DNA from: Buchnera aphidicola (Nurudea yanoniella)
GTDB lineage: Bacteria > Pseudomonadota > Gammaproteobacteria > Enterobacterales > Enterobacteriaceae
Assembly: GCA_039829995.1 (NCBI GenBank)
Contig: CP140036.1
Location: 290,239-354,238, forward strand
Reading direction: 5' to 3'
Length of the DNA stretch: 64,000 nucleotides
A program made the translations under genes and the position numbers. The notes under the pieces were generated by a model. That model was not told the DNA's origin. It did no database searches and saw nothing but the letters and a program-made list of their open reading frames with translations. Below, piece by piece: positions 55,863 to 64,000 of this stretch. Every line of letters begins with the position of its first letter. Within the stretch, counting starts at the first letter, position 1.

Positions 55863-56516
55863 ATGTCTAAAACTATTCTAGCATTTCATTCTTCATATTT
55901 TGATTGCTCTATTTCACTACTACATAACAATAACATTTATCATGAAAATAAAAAATGCAATCAAAATCAAACTATATATATACTTCCTATGATAAAAAAT
56001 ATATTAAAAATAAATTTTATTAATTTACATGAAATAAAAATTATTGCTATTTCTACAGGACCGGGGAATTTCATAGGAATAAGAACATCTATCGCTATAG
56101 CTCAAGGTTTGTCATTAGGATTAAATATTCCAATAGTCACTTTACCAGCACCATTAATTATGGCAGAACAAGTATGGAAAACACTAAATAAAAATCGAGT
56201 CCTAATGATTTCAAAAAAAAATAATCAAGATATGTATTTAGAAAAATATGTTAAAAGAGAAGAAAATTTTTGGATCAAAAAAAAATCAAAAAAAATTCTT
56301 TCTATTAAGGAAGTCCAAAAAAAGTTATCTTCTTTAAAAAAATCATGGACGATAATTGGAAATTATTCAAAACTAATTTCTAAAAATATTTATAAAAACC
56401 TTATTTTTTCCAACATTTATTCTCCAAATGCTCAATTTATTATTACTTTATATTTATCAAATAAACGTTATCAAAAAAGTAGCTTATCTTATAAAATATT
56501 TCCAAGATATTTTTAG
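55863..56516 (+). CDS. tsaB: tRNA t6A37 threonylcarbamoyl-transfer protein TsaB (YeaZ)
   Basis: The conserved core starts at the ATG at 55863 (MSKTILAFHSS). TGPGNFIGIRTSIAIAQGLSLG aligns with E. coli [21 protein letters not shown]. The ORF-track start at 55830 adds 11 residues. Confidence 0.82.
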   Translation: MSKTILAFHSSYFDCSISLLHNNNIYHENKKCNQNQTIYILPMIKNILKINFINLHEIKIIAISTGPGNFIGIRTSIAIAQGLSLGLNIPIVTLPAPLIMAEQVWKTLNKNRVLMISKKNNQDMYLEKYVKREENFWIKKKSKKILSIKEVQKKLSSLKKSWTIIGNYSKLISKNIYKNLIFSNIYSPNAQFIITLYLSNKRYQKSSLSYKIFPRYF

Positions 56517-56587
56517 TATCTATTTCTAATATAATTCTTTTAAAACATTAAATTACATAACTACCAAACATAAAATTATTTTTATCT

Positions 56588-56609
56588 ATCCAGAATAAAA
56601 ATTCTGGAT
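56588..56609. terminator. hairpin between convergent tsaB and minE
   Basis: ATCCAGAAT-aaaa-ATTCTGGAT forms a perfect 9-bp stem with a 4-nt loop. There is no flanking U-tract, so the function is uncertain. Confidence 0.45.
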
Positions 56610-56660
56610 CAACAAATATTGATATTATGAACATTTTTTATATAAATTATTTTTTCTATT

Positions 56661-56912
56661 TCAGTCAGGAATAATAACATTTAATTCTAAAATCGAAATA
56701 TCTTTCTCTTTATGATCTAATTGAACTGAAATCATTTTAGGATCTATTTTTACATATTTACAAATTACCCGCAAAATTTCTTCTTTTAACTCAGGTAAAT
56801 AATTGGGTTCATGATCTTTTTTTCTTCGCTCAGCAACAATAATTTGTAATCTTTCTTTTGCTATATTTGCAGTATGCTTTTTCCGAGATAAAAAAAAGTC
56901 TATTAGAGCCAT
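56661..56912 (-). CDS. minE: cell-division topological specificity factor MinE
   Basis: 83 aa. [30 protein letters not shown] is nearly identical to E. coli MinE. Confidence 0.96.
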   Translation of the reverse strand: MALIDFFLSRKKHTANIAKERLQIIVAERRKKDHEPNYLPELKEEILRVICKYVKIDPKMISVQLDHKEKDISILELNVIIPD

Positions 56913-56914
56913 AT

Positions 56915-57727
56915 TTATCTCCCAAATAACCGTTTTAAAAAACTTTTTCTTTCTTTCTTGATAAATCGAAATGGAGTACTTTTTCCTAATAATCGTTTTA
57001 CAGTATCACAATAAGCTTTTCCTGCATTAGAATATTTATGTAAAATTACAGACTTTCCTTGATTAGATGATTTTAAAACAGAAGAATCTTCAGGAATAAC
57101 TCCAATTAATGGTATTCTTAAAATATCTACAACATCTTTTACGCTTAGCATTTCACCCTGACTAACTCTAATAGGATCATAACGAGTTAATAATAAGTGT
57201 TCTTTGATAGGATCACATTTATTTTCTGAACGTTTAGACTTCGAAGAAATAATTCCTAAAATGCGATCTGAATCTCTTATAGAAGATATTTCCGGATTCG
57301 TAGTAATTATTGCTTCATCTGCAAAATATATCGCTAAAATTGCCCCAGATTCTATTCCAGCTGGAGAATCACATAGAATAATATCAAACTGCATATCAAC
57401 TAATTCACAAAAAATATTGTTAATACCTAACTTAGTTAATGAACTTTTATCTCTTGTCTGAGATGCTGGAAGAATAAATAAATTCTCAGTTCTTTTGTCT
57501 TTAATTAATGCTTGATTTAAATTTGCATCTCCATTAATTACACTTATAATATCGTATACTACTCTACGTTCACAACCCATAATTAAATCTAAATTTCGTA
57601 ATCCTATATCAAAATCAATGACTATTGTTTTGTATCCTTTTTGTGCAAAACCTATTGCTAAAGCTGCACTAGAAGTAGTTTTCCCTACACCTCCTTTACC
57701 TGACGTTACGGTTATGATACGAGCCAT
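56915..57727 (-). CDS. minD: septum site-determining ATPase MinD
   Basis: 270 aa with [18 protein letters not shown]. The stop lies 2 nt before the minE ATG, and a GGGAGA Shine-Dalgarno sequence for minE sits within the minD 3' end. Confidence 0.98.
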   Translation of the reverse strand: MARIITVTSGKGGVGKTTSSAALAIGFAQKGYKTIVIDFDIGLRNLDLIMGCERRVVYDIISVINGDANLNQALIKDKRTENLFILPASQTRDKSSLTKLGINNIFCELVDMQFDIILCDSPAGIESGAILAIYFADEAIITTNPEISSIRDSDRILGIISSKSKRSENKCDPIKEHLLLTRYDPIRVSQGEMLSVKDVVDILRIPLIGVIPEDSSVLKSSNQGKSVILHKYSNAGKAYCDTVKRLLGKSTPFRFIKKERKSFLKRLFGR

Positions 57728-57748
57728 AAATTCGTCCTTTAATTATTT

Positions 57749-58450
57749 TTAATTAAATTGCAAAACGTTTAATTTTTCATTTTTTATATAAATTCTTACG
57801 CTTTTCCCTATAATATCAGGAGAAAATTGATCACTTAATAAATATTTACCTGCAATAGAAATTAATTCTGCAAAAAATTTTGTACAAAATATCTGCCGTG
57901 TAATATCTCCTTGAGCACCTGCTAATACTCTTCCTCTCACGTTTCCATAAATATGAACATTACCATCTGCTATAATTTCTGCTCCTGAATTAACATTATT
58001 AATAATTATTAAATCAGAATTAATAGAATAAATTTTTTGACCAGATCTGATAGGAATAGTAATAATTTTAGTTTTCTTCCATTCATTGAAATCAAAAATA
58101 TGAGAATATTTTAATTTATTTTTACTTATAGAATCAATTAATCTTTTTTCTTCTGAAATAATAGGTAATCCAGATTTTATAATGATATTTTTTAAAATAT
58201 TGTTATTACAACCACTCACTCCTAGGATACGGAAACTATAAGAAAGAATTATTTTTCTTATATCATTCCAATTTTTTACATTAGATAGATCTTTCACATT
58301 AATTAATATTGGTAAATTTTTTAAAAATTCGGGAGACATATTAATTTTTTTTATTAATTCTTTATTTATTAATTCTATTGAATCAGTATGTAAATATAAT
58401 ACTAATATTTTAAAAATATTTTCTTTTAATTCTAATGGAACATTTTTCAT
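57749..58450 (-). CDS. minC: septum site-determining protein MinC
   Basis: 233 aa lying upstream of minDE. The C-terminal beta-helix region (SGAEIIADGNVHIYGNVRGRVLAGAQGD) is typical of MinC. Confidence 0.92.
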   Translation of the reverse strand: MKNVPLELKENIFKILVLYLHTDSIELINKELIKKINMSPEFLKNLPILINVKDLSNVKNWNDIRKIILSYSFRILGVSGCNNNILKNIIIKSGLPIISEEKRLIDSISKNKLKYSHIFDFNEWKKTKIITIPIRSGQKIYSINSDLIIINNVNSGAEIIADGNVHIYGNVRGRVLAGAQGDITRQIFCTKFFAELISIAGKYLLSDQFSPDIIGKSVRIYIKNEKLNVLQFN

Positions 58451-58762
58451 TTTTTCGACACTATATTAATAAAAGATCTTTAGATTTTTTAAATAATTAA
58501 ACTTATTAAACCATATTAAAAAAATAAATTTTATTAAAAGTTAAAAACATTATTTAAAAAATCATTATATTATATAAAAAAATTGTTTTTTATTTAATAA
58601 AAATCGTATTAAAGTTCCATTTTTTTATAATATTTTTATTTTTATAAAATATAAAATTTTAAAAAATTTTATATAAATATTTTATAAATAACATTATATT
58701 AAAATAAAATTTAATATTTAAAAACATTTTCATTTTTAATTAAATTAGAATAATTGCAAAAT

Positions 58763-59763
58763 ATGAAAAATACAAATAAAATAGTGTTCAGAAATATTAA
58801 TTTATTTTTAAAAAAAAAATTTTTATATCAGGAAATATATCAAACATATTGTATTTAGATACGTTTAAACAACTAATTATACATACTCAAGACTTCACAA
58901 ATTGGATTTATTTCAAAAAAAATACATCACACACAATAAAGTTTTCTTTATTAGAAGAAAAAGAGAAAATTTATAATTCTGATGCTATTTTATATTTTTG
59001 GCCAAACAGCAAATATGAAGCTATATTTCATTTAAAACATATATTTTCTCAATTAAATAAAGAAAAAAATTTTTTTTTAGTTGGAAAAAAAAACAGTGGC
59101 ATAAATACTGCCAAAAATTTGTTAAAAAAATGGGTAATATTAAAAAAAATAGATTCAGCAAAACACTGTTTATTATTTTATGGAAAAATAATTTCAAAAC
59201 CTAACTTTCAACTTGATCAATTTATACATAACATAAACTGGAATCAAATCAAAATACAAACTATTCCAGGAATTTTTAGTTATAAAAAAATCGATCTAGG
59301 TTCTAAATTATTAATATCAACTTTTGAAAAATCAATAACAGGAGATATACTCGACATAGGATGTGGATCAGGAATTTTATCAGTATCATTAGCTCAATAT
59401 TCAAAAAAAAATAAATTTTTTTTAATAGATACTAATATGGCAGCTTTAAAATCTAGTGAATTAACATTAAAATGTAACAATGTAAAGGGAAAAATCTTTC
59501 CAAGTAATGTTTATTCACATATTTGTAAAAAATTTGATTTTATTATGTCTAACCCCCCTATACATAAAAATTCAAAAATAAATTTAAATTATGTGAGTGA
59601 AATAATCAGAAAATCAGAAAAATATTTAAAATCAAAAGGAGAAATAAGAATAGTAGTAAGTTCTAATATATTTTGTGATAAATATTTTAAAGATACTAAA
59701 CTGAAATACAAAATCTTAAAAGAAAAAAATAACTTTAGAGTTTATCAAGGGAAAAAATATTAA
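58763..59763 (+). CDS. rsmC: 16S rRNA m2G1207 methyltransferase RsmC, reading frame interrupted by a 1-nt frameshift in an A10 tract (58810-58819)
   Basis: The ORF-track entry 58849-59763 starts at a TTG, but its frame is open from 58801 (FIFKKKIFISGNISNILYLDTF...). The ATG at 58763 in another frame encodes MKNTNKIVFRNINLFLKKK. Joined with one extra A, the two give ...KIVFRNINLFLKKKIFISGNISN...IHTQDF, which aligns with E. coli RsmC ...[23 protein letters not shown]...AHTQQF. SAM motifs ILDIGCGSG and NPPIH are intact downstream. Confidence 0.85.
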
Positions 59764-59784
59764 AAATGGATTTATAAAAAGTTC

Positions 59785-59870
59785 TACCCAGAGCGGGAAT
59801 CGAACCCGCAAAGCTTTATATAGCCGAGGGATTTTAAGTCCCTTGTGTTTACCAATTTCACCATCTGGGC
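59785..59870 (-). tRNA. leuZ: tRNA-Leu (anticodon UAA), class II long variable arm
   Basis: Reverse complement is GCCCAGATGGTGAAATTGGTAAACACAAGGGACTTAAAATCCCTCGGCTATATAAAGCTTTGCGGGTTCGATTCCCGCTCTGGGTA. The acceptor, anticodon (loop CTTAAAA) and T (GCGGG/CCCGC) stems fold by hand. No CCA is encoded. Confidence 0.9.
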
Positions 59871-59902
59871 TTACTAAAAGTAATTTTTATATAAACCATT
59901 AT

Positions 59903-59973
59903 AGGCGCATCCCGGAATCGAACCGGGTTAAACGGATTTGCAATCCGCTACATAACCGATCTGTCAACGCGCC
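59903..59973 (-). tRNA. cysT: tRNA-Cys (anticodon GCA)
   Basis: Reverse complement is GGCGCGTTGACAGATCGGTTATGTAGCGGATTGCAAATCCGTTTAACCCGGTTCGATTCCGGGATGCGCCT. The anticodon loop is TTGCAAA and the discriminator is U73, as expected for tRNA-Cys. No CCA is encoded. Confidence 0.9.
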
Positions 59974-60144
59974 AGAAATTTTACTCTATCAAAATTAATA
60001 TAAAATTACAAGTATTTTGATACTAATTAAAATGTTATGCGATATAATACTTATTTTTCCAATGGTTGAAATATAAATATAAAAAGAATTTCTTTAAAAA
60101 ATATAAAAAATATTATATACTGCAGTTTCATGAAACTATGAAAT

Positions 60145-60229
60145 GGAGGAATGGCCGAGTGGTTTAAGGCAGCGGTCTTGAAAACCGCCGATGAGAAATC
60201 ATCCGAGAGTTCGAATCCCTCTTCCTCCA
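60145..60229 (+). tRNA. serT: tRNA-Ser (anticodon UGA), class II
   Basis: GGAGGAATGGCCGAGTGGTTTAAGGCAGCGGTCTTGAAAACCGCCGATGAGAAATCATCCGAGAGTTCGAATCCCTCTTCCTCCA is collinear with E. coli tRNA-Ser(UGA). The anticodon loop is CTTGAAA and the variable arm is GATGA/TCATC. There is one A-C mismatch in the T stem. No CCA is encoded. Confidence 0.9.
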
Positions 60230-60235
60230 GAAATT

Positions 60236-61777
60236 TTATTTTTTTAAAAAAAATAATGAAAAATGAGATAATCGCACTCCTAATACAAACAACATTAAAA
60301 AATAGCTACAACCAGATAAAAAACAAATTAAAATTAATTGAAATAATTTATGGAATATAGTTATTGAATGCCAATTAGAAAAAAAAACTAAATTTAAATA
60401 CAATACAAGAAACATAATTATAACAGAAATAAAAATCTTTCCTAAAAAATTTAACCATCCATATTCTGGAAAAAAATATTTTTTTCTAATAGAAATCCAA
60501 TATAACAAGACAAAATTAATCCAAGAAGAAATACTACTTGAACAAGCAAAACTATTATGCTTTAAAATAGGAAGAAATAATATATTCATAATCTGTGTAA
60601 CTATTAAAATAAAACTAGAAATTATTACAGGATTAATAAAATCATTTTTAGAATAATATTGGGATAACATAACTTTCGTTAAAATTGATGGAATTAGTCC
60701 AATAGAATAAAATTCTAAAATATTTTTAGTCATAATTACATCGAATATTGAAAAATTTCCATATTGAAATAATGCAATTATTATTACTTTTGATAAAATC
60801 ATTAAAGACAAAGAACTAGGAATAGCTATTATACACCCTACTCGAAGAGCCCAGTCTAACAATTTATAGTTTTCTTTATTATTTTTATTATTCGATTGTT
60901 GAGATAATAATGGCAATAAAATAGTTCCTAAAGATACTCCTAAAATACCTGAAACAAATTCTGTTAATCGATCAGCATAATAAATCCATGATATAGATCC
61001 AGAAATCAAAAATGAAGAAGAAATAGTATTTATAATCAATGAAATCTGATTAATTATAATTCCAAAAATAATGATTTTTGTTCTTTTTGAAATTTTATAT
61101 AATTTAAAATTTTTTATATTACATTGAGGAAATACTAACATATTAATATTTTTTAAAAATAAAATTTGATAGATCAATTGAATTAATCCACCTAACGAAA
61201 ATGCCCAAGCTAAAGAAAAAATAGATACATAAAAATATGAAGAAAAAAATAAAATAAAAATTATAATACTAATATTTAATAAAATAGAAGAACAAGCTGG
61301 TATCAAAAAATAATTCCAGGAATTTAAAATAGAGCTAATTAGTGATCCTAAGGAAATAAAAAGTATATAAGGAAAAATTATTTTAAGTATCTCTGTTGTT
61401 AAATATAACTTATAAAAATTTTTTTTTAGTCCAGGAGAAATGAAAAAGATTATTTGTGATGAAAATAGTATCCCAAAAATTGTAAAAATGCTTAAAAAAA
61501 CAACCATAAAACCTAATATATTAGAAACTAGTTTTTTAACATGCTCTATATTATGAATTTTTTTATATTCTGACAAAATAGGAACAAAGGTTTGCAAAAA
61601 AAAACCTTCTGAAAAAATCCTTCGAAATAAATTTGGAATTCTAAAAGCTAAAAAAAAAGAATCAGTTAGTCCTGATGCTCCGAATGTATATGCGATAAGC
61701 GAATCTCGCATAAAACCTAATATTTTAGAAAAAAAAGTTATAATACTTAATAATGTTAGTGATTTCAATACATTCAT
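60236..61777 (-). CDS. murJ: lipid II flippase MurJ (MviN)
   Basis: 513 aa, polytopic. MNVLKSLTLLSIITFFSKILGFMRDSLIAYTFGASGLTDSFFLAFRIPNLFRRIFSEG aligns with the E. coli MurJ N-terminus. Confidence 0.94.
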   Translation of the reverse strand: MNVLKSLTLLSIITFFSKILGFMRDSLIAYTFGASGLTDSFFLAFRIPNLFRRIFSEGFFLQTFVPILSEYKKIHNIEHVKKLVSNILGFMVVFLSIFTIFGILFSSQIIFFISPGLKKNFYKLYLTTEILKIIFPYILFISLGSLISSILNSWNYFLIPACSSILLNISIIIFILFFSSYFYVSIFSLAWAFSLGGLIQLIYQILFLKNINMLVFPQCNIKNFKLYKISKRTKIIIFGIIINQISLIINTISSSFLISGSISWIYYADRLTEFVSGILGVSLGTILLPLLSQQSNNKNNKENYKLLDWALRVGCIIAIPSSLSLMILSKVIIIALFQYGNFSIFDVIMTKNILEFYSIGLIPSILTKVMLSQYYSKNDFINPVIISSFILIVTQIMNILFLPILKHNSFACSSSISSWINFVLLYWISIRKKYFFPEYGWLNFLGKIFISVIIMFLVLYLNLVFFSNWHSITIFHKLFQLILICFLSGCSYFLMLFVLGVRLSHFSLFFLKK

Positions 61778-62660
61778 AATATTATTTTCCCTTTTTTATA
61801 ACTAGTCCCATGATATAAAATTATTATTTTTTTAAATAATATTAATTGAATACGATTGTTAACTATTGACATGTAGAAATTAAAATAAAAACTCATTATA
61901 AAGATCCTAAAATCAGAATATATACTTAATAGATTATAAAATATTGAGAAATAATAAAATATATAAATAATTTTTATAAACATCTAAAATTATGAAAATT
62001 TTTATTATTTTTATTTAATTAAACAATAAATATTTAATGTATTAGAATAAAATTCTACTTTTTTAAAAATTATTTTTTACCTTATCACAAAAGACCTGAT
62101 AACATAAAATATGTATTTAATAAAAAATCTTTTACTAAATTACAAAAAAAATAGTACAAATTATCTATTAAAATTGAGAAAATACACTAATTTTATTAAA
62201 TTTACATTAAAATTTATAATAAATGAATATTTTATGTTTAATTCATAAAAAATAGTAAAAATTTTATATATTTAATAGAAAAAATCTTATCAATAGAATT
62301 TTAATGAGATTCTGAAAAAATTTTAAGTTTAAAAAATTTAGAAAATATAAATACTAAAGAAATAATAGATTATACGAATTTTTAAAATTATAAAATTGAT
62401 GTAATACAATAATCACTCTAAAATTATATACTACGTAATAAAAATATGTATTATTCAATAAAATTTAATCAAAAAATAAACATTTTAAACTATGGCAAAT
62501 ATTTTATTAAAAGAAATTTTTTATTATATTAAGTTCCTAACCATACAAATTCAATTAAATTTATTTAAAATATCAAAAAATCTATTAAAAAATTACAATA
62601 ATACACAAATACATAATTTTATTTCAAAAAAATGAATGTAAAATAAATTATAAAAAATTA

Positions 62661-63323
62661 TTAAGTTACAATAACATTTCCATCATTGTCTACTAGTCCT
62701 AATATTATTTTCCCATTTTTAAGTTTTACTCTCACTATTTGATTTTTATAAGCATTATTAATAGCTCTTCCTTTAGAAATAATTGTAAATCCTTCATTTT
62801 TTATCATGACTAATACTTTTTGATTAATTTTAATTAACCATACAGGATGTAATAAATTTTTAGTAATTAATTCATTTTTATTTATTTTTTTAAAGCTTAT
62901 TAAATTTAACGCTTGTTTTTTATTTAAATACAATTTAAAAAACTTTTTTTGTAAAACTCCATATTTTACAAATATATCTGAATCAATTAGTTTTTGTCCT
63001 TTTTTAATATTTCGAGAAGCTACTATATATTCTCCCTTAATTTCTACTTTTACTTGAATAAATTGATGTATATGACCGCAAATTACTTTAATGTTCATTA
63101 ATTCTGATGATTTGAAAACATCTAATAAAATAAATGTTGGAGAAAAACAATTCATTTGTGTTTTATAAGGAATTTTATTATATAAAAAAATACTCATATT
63201 ATTAGAATAAAAAGTTTGTTTTTCTTTTAAAAATTTAATAAGATGTTCTTGAAAAGAATCAGCTTGAACTGAAAAAGAAAAAAACAATAAAAAATTTAAA
63301 AAAATATAAATCTTTAAAATCAT
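62661..63323 (-). CDS. flgA: flagellar basal-body P-ring formation chaperone FlgA
   Basis: 220 aa with a signal peptide. The C-terminus GRAINNAYKNQIVRVKLKNGKIILGLVDNDGNVIVT aligns with E. coli FlgA GQALNNAAVAQNARVRMVSGQVVSGVVDADGNILINL. It is divergent from flgB, as in E. coli. Confidence 0.85.
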   Translation of the reverse strand: MILKIYIFLNFLLFFSFSVQADSFQEHLIKFLKEKQTFYSNNMSIFLYNKIPYKTQMNCFSPTFILLDVFKSSELMNIKVICGHIHQFIQVKVEIKGEYIVASRNIKKGQKLIDSDIFVKYGVLQKKFFKLYLNKKQALNLISFKKINKNELITKNLLHPVWLIKINQKVLVMIKNEGFTIISKGRAINNAYKNQIVRVKLKNGKIILGLVDNDGNVIVT

Positions 63324-63549
63324 ATGTTTTCCCGTTTTAATTATATTAAAAATTTTTATAATTAAAAATTAAATGTATACTATTCCAAGTAGTTATTGTT
63401 CTATATAAAGTATATTTATTAAAGACTAATGTTTTAAACATTTTAGTTTAATATACCTTAAAAATATAATTAATAGAAAAAGATTAAAAATTTAATATAT
63501 GAATAATACAAAAATATTAAATTTTTTAAAAATACTTTGCGGATTGAAA

Positions 63550-63954
63550 ATGTTAAATAAATTAAATCAAGAATTCTATGTAAATGAATGTATATTAAAC
63601 CTACGTGCGTATCAACAAGAACTAATTGCTTCAAATATTGCAAACAGTGATACACCTAACTATATTCCAATAAACATTGATTTTTCAAAAACATTGGATT
63701 CTTTACTTAAAAAAAGCAAAAAAAATTTTCAAAATGAATTGAAATTAACATCTAAAAAACATATTCCTTTAAAAAAATTCAATATTATTAATGACAATCA
63801 AAAAATTGTAAATAAAAACTATATTTTTACAAAAAAACCAGTAAACGCAGAATGTGAAAAAATTAATTTTATTAAAAATAGTCTATTTTATCAAATAGAA
63901 ATCTCTATTATAAACAATAAATTTAAAAATCTTATGAATATATTAAAAGGATAA
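63550..63954 (+). CDS. flgB: flagellar basal-body rod protein FlgB
   Basis: The ATG at 63550 gives MLNKLNQEFYVNECILNLRAYQQELIASNIANSDTPNY, matching E. coli [38 protein letters not shown]. The ORF-track start at 63499 adds 17 unsupported residues. Confidence 0.9.
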   Translation: MLNKLNQEFYVNECILNLRAYQQELIASNIANSDTPNYIPINIDFSKTLDSLLKKSKKNFQNELKLTSKKHIPLKKFNIINDNQKIVNKNYIFTKKPVNAECEKINFIKNSLFYQIEISIINNKFKNLMNILKG

Positions 63955-63958
63955 ATTT

Positions 63959-64000
63959 ATGTCATTATTAAAAATATTTGACATTTCTAATTTAGCAATG
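63959..64000 (+). CDS. flgC: flagellar basal-body rod protein FlgC, first 14 codons only (runs off the right edge)
   Basis: AAGGA Shine-Dalgarno sequence, then ATG. MSLLKIFDISNLAM aligns with E. coli FlgC MALLNIFDIAGSAL. It lies immediately after flgB. Confidence 0.8.
   Translation, partial: MSLLKIFDISNLAM

Noticed and set aside
60151-60360. 69-aa ORF MAEWFKAAVLKTADEKSSESSNPSSS...
   Set aside because: It is a translation of the tRNA-Ser(UGA) gene followed by the antisense strand of the murJ 3' end, so it is not a protein gene.
61774-61983. Intergenic low-complexity ORFs: 61774-61983, 4509-4727, 24140-24406, 47893-48087 and 63470-63655.
   Set aside because: Their Phe/Ile/Tyr/Asn/Lys-rich composition simply mirrors AT-rich spacer DNA. 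They have no ribosome-binding site and overlap the promoter regions or 5' ends of real genes.

Overview
This 64-kb window is an extremely AT-rich (judged by eye, not computed), gene-dense piece of a reduced gammaproteobacterial obligate-endosymbiont chromosome. Gene content and order match what I recall of Buchnera aphidicola genomes; the strain cannot be identified from sequence alone. The order is trpA-B-C(F)-D, yedA, sohB, suhB, rlmN, ispG, hisS, glyA, bioD, bioB, bioA, pgl, lolCDE, gapA, fldA, phrB, ybgI, sucAB, pal, gpmA, pfkA, glpF, tpiA, rpsA, aroA, serC, serS, trxB, infA, aspS, znuBC, mepM, pykA, zwf, htpX, yoaE, tsaB, minEDC, rsmC, tRNA-Leu/Cys/Ser, murJ, flgA/B/C. I call 56 protein-coding genes (two cut by the window edges), one short gene relic and three tRNAs. 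Every ORF of 150 aa or more has a clear E. coli ortholog, recognised from conserved motifs and N-terminal alignments done from memory. Several ORF-track starts are spurious 5' extensions, mostly from TTG codons, and I trimmed them to the conserved ATG. I found no mobile elements, CRISPR arrays, prophage, defence, toxin-antitoxin or secondary-metabolite loci, and no undescribed multi-gene system. The signals worth a second look are products of genome erosion. (1) rsmC is broken by a 1-nt frameshift inside an A10 tract. (2) A 52-codon ORF between lolE and gapA looks like the surviving 5' end of cobB. (3) A perfect 22-bp inverted repeat sits just upstream of trxB, and a perfect 21-bp hairpin sits between gapA and fldA. 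(4) glpF has lost the first NPA alanine and the selectivity-filter arginine. (5) Many in-frame homopolymers of 10 nt or more lie inside genes, including A13 in phrB. (6) A series of 0.4-0.9 kb ORF-free spacers sits where E. coli synteny places bioF/bioC, tolB, cmk, lrp-ftsK-lolA-rarA, znuA, hexR and flgN/flgM. All synteny and family statements come from memory of E. coli K-12 and published Buchnera biology and need database confirmation.
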